Below are positions 56,358 through 64,000 of a stretch of DNA of 64,000 nt, piece after piece. The notes under the pieces are model-generated. The model worked only from the letters and a program-made list of their open reading frames with translations, was not told the DNA's origin and ran no database searches. Numbering within the stretch: position 1 is the first letter of the stretch; each line of letters opens with the position of its first letter. Where the stretch lies: contig JBEKDT010000006.1 in the NCBI GenBank assembly GCA_050014195.1, forward strand, positions 96,001 through 160,000, read 5' to 3'. The stretch comes from Desulfomonilia bacterium (lineage in GTDB: Bacteria; Desulfobacterota; Desulfomonilia; UBA1062). The position numbers and the translations under genes are program-made.

Positions 56358-58242
56358 TGGCTGCATGGAGCACATACCAGGGGACGGAGCTGTTCTGAGG
56401 CACAATAACCTTAATACTGTTGATCAGGTCGGAAAGATTAACGCCCCTGTCGCTCTGGTCGACGACAAAGTATGCTTTGGGATTGTTGTCATGGAATAAA
56501 GTATAGGAGCTGCATGTCCTTTTGAGCCCGTATTTTTTATAAATATCCCCGATGGATTCCCCGGGGCGTTTCGGTGAATCGAGACATAAGGCATCCACAA
56601 AGATGCCATCGGAGAGCTGCTTGTATGCAGCCCTGAGATTCTGGATGTCTTTGGGAGAGCTCTGTCTCATAGTCCAGCCCTTGGGCAGATCGGGAATTGA
56701 TTGGGGCAGATCTATGTTCAAATATGCAAAAATGTCCATAGAGAGGTGCGACGGGTTGTTCACTGCTTTATAGGCGTTGCTGAAAAAATTATTAGGGAAA
56801 CGGTTTTCAGGGGGGAAATAGATGATCATATAATCCATACCGATTGACGGCATCCGGGTGATACTGTCGAGATAGTTAAGTATCTGTTTCAGGACATATG
56901 GTCCGGTAATTTTCAGACCAATATCTTTGGTGGCAAGGTGGTTTACCAGCCATGACTTTTCATATGCCTTGATCAGAGAAACATGGCCATAGATCACACC
57001 ATTGCGCTCATACGTTAAATTCGCAAATATATCAGGACATTGATGGTACAGTTTTTTATATGTTTCTTTAAAATCGTCTTTGTACTGAGCGATGCTGGTG
57101 TATTTCTCCGGGTATATAAACCCGGACTCAAAGAAGAAGTTCCATAAGGATGCCATATCCACATCATAAGATACCCGTGCATAGGGGTCGTCGGCCCTTG
57201 ATATGACGTTGAACAGCTGATTGTAGGAACTAACATCAATATCGGTGATCGAAAAACCGTACTTGATACTGTTCTTTTTCTTCTTTTCTCCATAGACGAC
57301 CTGGACCGGGCACTTCAGATTGAGGCCGCCCGCAAACTCTATGAAGGCTTCATCAATAATCATGCCGGGCATGAGGAGCGACGAGTCTGATTCCACCATC
57401 ACGGAGAAGCCCGAAGAGTTGATGTCGACTATGTCATAGGAGACCCTCATCCCCGTCAGGGGATGCGTGAATTTTACTTCAGGGCTTGGAACGAGATTCA
57501 GACGCGGATTACGGTTTTTCCGCTCGCCGTATCTTTTCTGAGGAATATTCATGGGTGCGAGAACAATGGTTTTGCCCTGGTTCTCAGTACGGATGAGTTT
57601 GGACATACCCGAAAATATCAGCCTGCCACCACGCATAAGCTCTACTTTAATGGGCTCGTCGGTGGAGACCTGGGATTCGGATGTTGCCCATGGGATACCT
57701 TTCAATTCGATTCGCAGCCCTGCAGGATTGAACTCGTAAAGGGCTCCGGCATATTCGATGTCATCATGACTGACCCGTGCATTCACGTTTTGGCACTGAT
57801 ACCTTTTGGCATGACGGGCTTGATATATCACACCGGTCTTCCGAAGCTTGACATTTAATAGTCGTGATGTGATGAGAAGAGGATCCGCCTGCATCATTAT
57901 CACGGACTTTCCGTTGTCCACCAGGAGGCCCTTGAAAATGAAGTCTTCAAAGTCTTGGATGGATCCTTCCGGCAGCGAGAAAGTTACCTCGCTTCCGGTG
58001 CACGGCCCCGGGATTACCTTGAAGAGAAACTCCTCTTTGGTATGCGGGAAGATCATGTGTGCGAAAATTTGATCGTCAACAAAGTTCCTGAAATTCATTG
58101 CATTGATGAATTGTTTCTGATCAATGCTGGAGGAGAAAAATGGGGATCGCTTCAGGTCAGATCGCCTGAAAGGGATAAGGAAAGGGTTGTCAAGTAAAGA
58201 ATTTTCCTGGAGTTCTTTTCCGCCATGAACATCACTGCTCAT
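56134..58242 (-). CDS. Large PilZ-domain protein with an uncharacterised C-terminal half
   Basis: RxxxR motifs (RHAKR, RNPR) paired with EFNPAG and DINSSG; C-terminal LWNFFFESGFIYPEKY...GHVS...WLVNHLA. Confidence 0.7.
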   Translation of the reverse strand: MSSDVHGGKELQENSLLDNPFLIPFRRSDLKRSPFFSSSIDQKQFINAMNFRNFVDDQIFAHMIFPHTKEEFLFKVIPGPCTGSEVTFSLPEGSIQDFEDFIFKGLLVDNGKSVIMMQADPLLITSRLLNVKLRKTGVIYQARHAKRYQCQNVNARVSHDDIEYAGALYEFNPAGLRIELKGIPWATSESQVSTDEPIKVELMRGGRLIFSGMSKLIRTENQGKTIVLAPMNIPQKRYGERKNRNPRLNLVPSPEVKFTHPLTGMRVSYDIVDINSSGFSVMVESDSSLLMPGMIIDEAFIEFAGGLNLKCPVQVVYGEKKKKNSIKYGFSITDIDVSSYNQLFNVISRADDPYARVSYDVDMASLWNFFFESGFIYPEKYTSIAQYKDDFKETYKKLYHQCPDIFANLTYERNGVIYGHVSLIKAYEKSWLVNHLATKDIGLKITGPYVLKQILNYLDSITRMPSIGMDYMIIYFPPENRFPNNFFSNAYKAVNNPSHLSMDIFAYLNIDLPQSIPDLPKGWTMRQSSPKDIQNLRAAYKQLSDGIFVDALCLDSPKRPGESIGDIYKKYGLKRTCSSYTLFHDNNPKAYFVVDQSDRGVNLSDLINSIKVIVPQNSSVPWYVLHAAICECGKDYDIKTVTVQIFPCEYMDRAGIPYKKRHIMWVLDTRHLHSNIDIIKNMARINPAQYLKGVVSSFIGGG

Positions 58243-58343
58243 TGTATACCCCCCCTGAGTGAATGATATGGTATCTAAATTATCCTACCCCCCGGTGCGG
58301 ATATTATAAAGAATTACTTCTTATGATCATACATGGATTCTCT

Positions 58344-58360
58344 CTCAACACAAGTGCCTT
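58344..58360 (-). promoter_or_regulatory. Second variant sigma54-like promoter, upstream of the PilZ gene
   Basis: AGGCAC-TTGTG-TTGAG, same GGCAC-N3-TGTTGAG pattern as 50693-50709. Confidence 0.45.
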
Positions 58361-58467
58361 TTTGTGGCGATGAATAGGGAAGTCGAGAATTTTATAGTTT
58401 TATCATTCATATATCATTGCATCGGTTCACAATTTAGCTATATTGATATTATAATCATGAGTGACGC

Positions 58468-61170
58468 ATGATTTCACATGGGGATGATATGAAAGATGAC
58501 AATAAGACAAACCAGCAGCTCATAGAAGAGTTATCAGAAGCACACCGGCGCATCGCTGAATTGGAAAATTCGGTATATGAGGGCAAACGCATGGAAGAGG
58601 CTATGAAAGGGAGCGAAGAGCGCTACCGAATCCTTGCCGAGAATGCCCATGATTTGATCTGGGTCTTCGACCTCAACTTCGGCTACACCTATGTGAGCCC
58701 ATCAGTCAAACATCTTAAGGGATATACTGTTGAAGAGGCTATGAAACTTAAGCTTCATGAAGTCCTCACGCCTGATTCCTACACGAAGGCAATGGAGATA
58801 TTAACAAAAGAACGTTTCCTCGAGGAGGCCGGGCAGCGGCATGGTCCTGACTGGTCAAAGACCATCGAGCTTGAGATGTTCCGGAAGGATGGCTCGAAAG
58901 TTTGGACAGAGGTTACGCTGAACCTTCTTTACAATGAAAAAGGCTGGATCAAAGGCATTATGGGGATTACCCGCGATATTTCCGAGCGCAAGCAGGTTGA
59001 GGAGGCACTCAGGGCTTCGGAGGCAAAGTATCACCGATTATATGACAGTATGACGGATGCCTTTGTCAGTACTGATATGGACGGTCAAGTAAAGGAATAT
59101 AATGAAACGTACAGGAACATGCTCGGCTATAAACCGGAAGAAATCAGCGCGCTTACCTATTCCGACCTTACCCCTGAGAAATGGCATGCGCTTGAAGCCG
59201 ACATTGTTGAAAAACAGGTTCTTCAAAGGGGGTATTCGGATATCTATGAAAAGGAATACCGTAAGCAAGATGGTACGGTTTTCCCTGTGGAGTTGCGGAT
59301 GTTCCTCCTCAAGGACGATGGCGGGAAACCCACCGGTATGTGGGCAATCGTACGTGATATCACCGGGCGCAGACAGGCTGAGGAAGAACTGAAGGACCAT
59401 CGTGACCATCTGGAAGATTTGGTCAAAGATCGCACACTTAAACTCACGAAGGCAAATGAGAAGCTTAAGCTGGAAATAGAGGAGCGCAAACAAATAGAGA
59501 AAACGTTAAAGAAGAGTGATGAAAAATACCGCAGCTATTTCTCCCTCACCGATGATGTTATGTTCTCCTATGATAGCCAGTTCCGGGTCTTAAGCGTCTC
59601 TCCGAACGTAGAGAGGGTCCTTGGGTACAAGCCCGAGGAACTGGTCGGGAAGTACTTTCAGGACCTAACAATGCTCCTGCATCCGGAAGACGTGGGGGAT
59701 GCTTTTGATAATGCCCTGCATGTGCTCTCTGGTAAGACAATCTATACCAACATTTACCGGTTTATCACCAAAGACGGGGAAGTGAAATTTGGGGAGGCAA
59801 ACGGTGTTCCGATCATTCGCGATGGCCGTGTTGTTGCGATGATCACCGTGGCCAGGGATATCACCAAGCGCATCGAGATGGAAAATTCACTGCAGGAAAG
59901 CGAGGAAAGATACCGTATCACCCTTCAGAGCATGCCGGATGCCGTGAGCATTATAAAAATCAAAGATATGCGATATCTCTATGTAAATGATACATTCTGC
60001 AAGATAACCGGATACTCCTTTGAAGAAACCATCGGGAAAACGCCCTTTGACCTGAATCTGTCTGTGAGTTCCGAAGATTTTGATTATTATATTAAGCTCA
60101 TAAAAAACGACGAATTGGTTGACAGCCTGGAGTGCCAGTGCCGGACAAAAGAAGGGAATATTTTAGATACCCTCGTATCCGCCAGGGCGGTACACTACAG
60201 CGGAGAAGACGGTATGGTCATGGTAATGACCGATATCACCGCTCTTATAGAGATCAAAGAAGAGAAGAAGAGGCTGGAGATTCAAACGCAGAAAATGGAG
60301 TCAATCGGAACACTGGCAAGCGGTATAGCCCATGATTTCAACGACATTCTGACAACCATTATCGGCTACACCAAGATGTCGATGAAAGATATCATGGACC
60401 TGACGAGGGGGGATAAAGACTTAAACGTAGTACACGCTGACCTCAATGAAGTGCGTAAAGCGGCTATCCGGGCGAGAGACCTTGTAAATCAGATCCTTGC
60501 CTTCAGCCGGCATGCGGAGAAGGAATATGTCCCGGTAGTGCTCGATTCTACCATACGTGAATCGCTTAAAATGTTGCGGCCGTCATTACCCGCAAACATC
60601 AAGATCCGTGAGATGCTTGCCCCTTCAGGACAGATCCTGGGAGATCCGGCTCAGATTCACCAGGTTATGACTAACCTTTGTACCAATGCAGCCCATGCTA
60701 TGGGTGAGACCGGGGGAGAATTGGAAGTGAGCCTTCAGAGAGTTTTTATCGACAGTGATGCCGCCCTTAATCTGGATGTACCGCCTGGACCTTATCTCAG
60801 GATGACGGTAAGGGATACCGGTCATGGAATGACCTCAAAGGTTATAGCACGAATCTATGACCCCTATTTTACCACCAAATGGAAAGGACATGGTACAGGT
60901 CTGGGGTTGTCGATTGTTCATGGGATTGTGAAAAGCCATGGAGGTGCAATCAGCTGTAAGAGCGCTCCGGGACAAGGAACCGCTTTTGATATTTATCTAC
61001 CCGAGCTCGGATTTAAAAGAGAGGTGGTGGAAGATCTCGTTGAGATGGCCGACATGGCCGGAAACGAGAGAATCCTTAACCTTGATGAAGAGCTCCCTCG
61101 TGTTGAGTTGATGAGCAAGGAGAAAGCGGATCCCGGGACACACGTTAAAGACAGAAACAAGCGGTATTAA
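58468..61170 (+). CDS. Multi-PAS histidine kinase with a vestigial C-terminal receiver (start may be 58489)
   Basis: Four PAS/PAC units, SGIAHDFNDIL, PYFTTK, GTGLGL; ends just after NERILNLDEE. Confidence 0.93.
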   Translation: MISHGDDMKDDNKTNQQLIEELSEAHRRIAELENSVYEGKRMEEAMKGSEERYRILAENAHDLIWVFDLNFGYTYVSPSVKHLKGYTVEEAMKLKLHEVLTPDSYTKAMEILTKERFLEEAGQRHGPDWSKTIELEMFRKDGSKVWTEVTLNLLYNEKGWIKGIMGITRDISERKQVEEALRASEAKYHRLYDSMTDAFVSTDMDGQVKEYNETYRNMLGYKPEEISALTYSDLTPEKWHALEADIVEKQVLQRGYSDIYEKEYRKQDGTVFPVELRMFLLKDDGGKPTGMWAIVRDITGRRQAEEELKDHRDHLEDLVKDRTLKLTKANEKLKLEIEERKQIEKTLKKSDEKYRSYFSLTDDVMFSYDSQFRVLSVSPNVERVLGYKPEELVGKYFQDLTMLLHPEDVGDAFDNALHVLSGKTIYTNIYRFITKDGEVKFGEANGVPIIRDGRVVAMITVARDITKRIEMENSLQESEERYRITLQSMPDAVSIIKIKDMRYLYVNDTFCKITGYSFEETIGKTPFDLNLSVSSEDFDYYIKLIKNDELVDSLECQCRTKEGNILDTLVSARAVHYSGEDGMVMVMTDITALIEIKEEKKRLEIQTQKMESIGTLASGIAHDFNDILTTIIGYTKMSMKDIMDLTRGDKDLNVVHADLNEVRKAAIRARDLVNQILAFSRHAEKEYVPVVLDSTIRESLKMLRPSLPANIKIREMLAPSGQILGDPAQIHQVMTNLCTNAAHAMGETGGELEVSLQRVFIDSDAALNLDVPPGPYLRMTVRDTGHGMTSKVIARIYDPYFTTKWKGHGTGLGLSIVHGIVKSHGGAISCKSAPGQGTAFDIYLPELGFKREVVEDLVEMADMAGNERILNLDEELPRVELMSKEKADPGTHVKDRNKRY

Positions 61171-61205
61171 GGTTCTCTTGATGGAAAAATATACCTATTT
61201 ACTTA

Positions 61206-61769
61206 ATGAATTTATTATATTATTCCCATGTAACTGTGGATAGAAACAAGTTGGCCCTCATGGCACTCTGCGCTGCACTCACTGCAGCGGGTTCTTTTAT
61301 CAAGATTCCACTCTGGCCTGTAGCAATCACTCTTCAGACCTTCTTTGTCATACTTTCGGGGATTATCCTTGGCCCTCGCGATGGGGCCTTTAGCCAGCTT
61401 GCCTATCTGATAGTGGGTTTGCTCGGGCTTCCGGTCTTTTCCGGCGGGGGAGGACTTGCGTATCTTATGCAGCCGTCATTCGGGTATCTTATCGGTTTTG
61501 TGATTGCACCTCTTGCAGTCGGGAGTCTGCTGAGAAATAAAACGCTTACCCATAAGTCGGTATTCATCGCCGCGCTTGCAGGAACACTCGTCATCTATAG
61601 CATCGGCATCCCCTATCTGGCTGTCTATATGCGTATGGTGTTGAAGAAACCTGACGCCATAAACTTCGCTATCAAGACCGGAGCCCTGGTATTTCTGCCC
61701 GGAGATCTCCTCAAATGTCTGATTCTGGCTATGATCGCGCCCAGACTCAAGTTACAGAGGCATACATAG
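61206..61769 (+). CDS. bioY: Biotin transporter S component BioY (start may be GTG 61236)
   Basis: ITLQTF, GLLGLPVFSGG, PSFGYLIGF, FLPGDLLK. Confidence 0.95.
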   Translation: MNLLYYSHVTVDRNKLALMALCAALTAAGSFIKIPLWPVAITLQTFFVILSGIILGPRDGAFSQLAYLIVGLLGLPVFSGGGGLAYLMQPSFGYLIGFVIAPLAVGSLLRNKTLTHKSVFIAALAGTLVIYSIGIPYLAVYMRMVLKKPDAINFAIKTGALVFLPGDLLKCLILAMIAPRLKLQRHT

Positions 61770-61837
61770 GGTATGATGTGAGAGTGATCTTTTCAGGTTC
61801 TCGATCAATATCTAAGGGACACAACATTCTTATTCCG

Positions 61838-62196
61838 GATTCTTCTCTGAGAAGCATACTTATATGGTTAACATCTTTTCCTCAGCCCATTGTTATCACC
61901 ACGAAGGACACGAAGAGTGGTTCGCATCCTAATTCTTTTCTCACCACGAAGGACACGAAGAGCACGAAGATGATCTAAAAAATGCAAACAAACACGCTTA
62001 GACCCTTTGAACTGGTCCGCAATTTCTATAAAATCCTTTTTTCGTGTCCTTCGTGCTCTTCGTGGTGAAGTACTCTTCTGTCTGCTAGAGCCCATGCTCC
62101 ATTTTGGTTGCGGCTATGCTGCGCTAAGCTCTTCGTGGTGGAATATCCCTCTCTCGTGCTCCGCAATGATCCGAGTATGCTTTACTGTGATGAACC
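61838..62196 (-). mobile_element. MITE copy B (8-bp TSD TTATTCCG)
   Basis: Inverted homolog of 6134-6365; TTATTCCG at 61830-61837 and 62197-62204; four CACGAAG-repeat arms. Confidence 0.85.
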
Positions 62197-62251
62197 TTAT
62201 TCCGGGTTGGGGGATACTGAATGCTAAACCCTGACATCGGTCTCACAGCAG

Positions 62252-63130
62252 CTAGCTCTTTCCAAGGCGTTGGATCATGAGCCCGGTGATGATGAATACG
62301 AGCCCTGCAAAGGTGGATGGGAAGATCTCCTCACCCACGATGAAGTGGATGAACAAGAGCGACAGGAATGGGGAAAGGAAGATGAGGTTGCCCACTTTGG
62401 CAGTATTCTCGGAGAGCCTTAATGCCGTGAGCCAGAATACAAAAGTGATTCCCATCTCAAAGGTGCCGACATACGCTGCCCCCCAAAGCCCTCTGAAATC
62501 AGGAACGTTAAATCCTGTAGTCACAAGGGCTGTAATAAAGATGAAGGGGAGGCCAAAGAGAAAGGCAAGCAGCAGACTCGCTACCGGGTCCCGTTTGTCC
62601 TGGGTGTTGTAGATCCAGGAGAGTGACCACACAAGCGTACTGGAAAGGGCCAGTGCGACACCCAGGGTATTGAACGAACTGAAGCTTACGAGGGAGCCTT
62701 TACTCGATATCACCACAACACCACAGTAACAGATAACACCTGCAACGATGTCTCTCATGCCGATTTTCTGTTTCAGAAGTGGTATAGATAGGAATGTCAG
62801 CGTAAGCGCCCAGGTGTAATTGAGCGGCTGGGCCACCTGTGCGGGCAGGAGGTCATAGGCCTTGAAGAGGATGAGGTAATAGAGAAAGGGATTAAGAAAC
62901 CCAAGCTTCAGAGAGCTTAAATACTGACCACGTGAGTAAGACAGTATAATGCTCAGGTTTCCCTGAACCAGCAGGATAAGGCTTAAGGTCAAGATAGACA
63001 CGACAGAGGCATAGAAGAGGAGTTGTATGGGCTTGAGGAACTGAAGAGAGATCTTAAAGGCAGAGGCTACGGTAGACCACAGCAGCACTGTCAACAGGCC
63101 ATAGAGGTATGCCTTCTGCTGATTTTTCAT
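62252..63130 (-). CDS. DMT/EamA-family transporter
   Basis: About 10 TMs in two repeats; GFLNPFLYY, AQPLNYTW. Confidence 0.92.
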   Translation of the reverse strand: MKNQQKAYLYGLLTVLLWSTVASAFKISLQFLKPIQLLFYASVVSILTLSLILLVQGNLSIILSYSRGQYLSSLKLGFLNPFLYYLILFKAYDLLPAQVAQPLNYTWALTLTFLSIPLLKQKIGMRDIVAGVICYCGVVVISSKGSLVSFSSFNTLGVALALSSTLVWSLSWIYNTQDKRDPVASLLLAFLFGLPFIFITALVTTGFNVPDFRGLWGAAYVGTFEMGITFVFWLTALRLSENTAKVGNLIFLSPFLSLLFIHFIVGEEIFPSTFAGLVFIITGLMIQRLGKS

Positions 63131-63223
63131 AAGACAAGGATTAGGTGTTAACTTATATGGAGAAAGTATTTACCCCAGGGCCGTACGCCAGGAACCTAGG
63201 TCTTTAAACTCAAGACCTAAAAC

Positions 63224-63919
63224 TTATTGCCCCTTTCCTACAAGCTTGATGAAGCTTTCTCTGAACCTGAGCACATCGGGTGATGCCATTTCCACCTTAC
63301 CCCAGAGGACATCATGGGCGCTCAACCCTCTTTTTCCGTAGAGGGTTGCGGTTGCAGTATCGTCCATGCGCATGGTGGCTCCCTGGAGCGCGAACCCAAC
63401 ATTCAAACCTGCCGAGCGGGAGAAAGAATATATCTCGGCCCTCAGATCGGCCTCGGTATTTTCATCCATGTGGAGAGCCATGGTCCCGGCTACGATGGAC
63501 ACGTCGGTTCCCAGGAGGATATCCTCTTTAGCCTTTGTTTCGAGGGCTCGGCTTCTCCTGAAGACCAACACAAGATCGGTGGATTGCATGCCCATCTGCA
63601 GGCCGAAGCTGCCGCCGTTGATGGTGATGAGAACAGGGTTGCTCCAATGCCCGTCTTTGTCTCTTACTATGAGTACGCCCTTGCCCAATCTCGCACCCAC
63701 AAAAAAACTGGCCTTTATCATATTGGGTATAATGGCTATGCCTTCAGCCTTCTGGAGGAGTACCGGCGGTATGGCACTTTGGGGAGATGACATGATCTTT
63801 GAGAATGTCTGCAGCGAATCCTGCAGGCGAGCCGTCATAGTGGGATCGGTGACGGCCGGGCTATATGAAGGAAAGAGAATGGCCAGCAGCACAAGCATCA
63901 GCAACCTTGATCGTTTCAT
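63224..63919 (-). CDS. Ysc84/SYLF lipid-binding domain protein with a signal peptide
   Basis: IP..LL.KA.GIAIIP, GKGVL, WSNP, GGSFGLQMG..STDLVLVF, IYSFSRSAGL. Confidence 0.9.
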   Translation of the reverse strand: MKRSRLLMLVLLAILFPSYSPAVTDPTMTARLQDSLQTFSKIMSSPQSAIPPVLLQKAEGIAIIPNMIKASFFVGARLGKGVLIVRDKDGHWSNPVLITINGGSFGLQMGMQSTDLVLVFRRSRALETKAKEDILLGTDVSIVAGTMALHMDENTEADLRAEIYSFSRSAGLNVGFALQGATMRMDDTATATLYGKRGLSAHDVLWGKVEMASPDVLRFRESFIKLVGKGQ

Positions 63920-64000
63920 GTGTTCTCTCTCCTTGCCATGCAGTCCGTCATGAACAGGCAAAGTCTACTAAAAAGATCATCATCAGTCCATTCCATTAAT

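Noticed and set aside
61715-62234. ORFs with TTKDTKSTK / LRALRVLRG repeats
   Set aside because: Reading frames through MITE copy B's 9-mer repeats.

Overview
Bacterial chromosome segment; gene content and order suggest a deltaproteobacterial (Desulfobacterota-like) anaerobe, which is an inference. Layout: (1) 1-3714, minus-strand uppS-cdsA-dxr-rseP operon. (2) 3775-6764, a ~3 kb accessory pocket enclosed by multi-layer inverted repeats. It holds three integron gene cassettes with no integrase (a PD-(D/E)xK-like nuclease; a small Zn-finger-like gene plus a DUF1871-like gene; yefM-yoeB) and nested miniature elements with target-site duplications. (3) 6888-38906, the core translation/transcription supercluster: tRNA-Thr/Tyr/Gly/Thr, tuf, rpmG, tRNA-Trp, secE, nusG, rplKAJL, rpoBC, str, S10, spc and alpha operons. 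(4) 38903-61769, a lone ECF ATPase and bioY separated by a ~21 kb rearranged accessory region: an alpha/beta hydrolase, a second attC-bounded cassette (hicB-hicA), a TPR/GT-C membrane protein, an IS1182 remnant, a tandem mcp-cheW duplication led by a thioredoxin-like gene, a sigma54 activator, PAS kinases and a PilZ protein, with a 304-bp direct repeat bracketing 14.7 kb. (5) A second copy of the MITE, then EamA and Ysc84/SYLF genes. The most notable features are the integrase-less cassette array inside nested palindromes, a MITE whose internal spacer is flipped between its two copies, a candidate variant-sigma54 regulon, and a ~80-aa insertion in RpoC. All analysis was by eye; no database searches were run.
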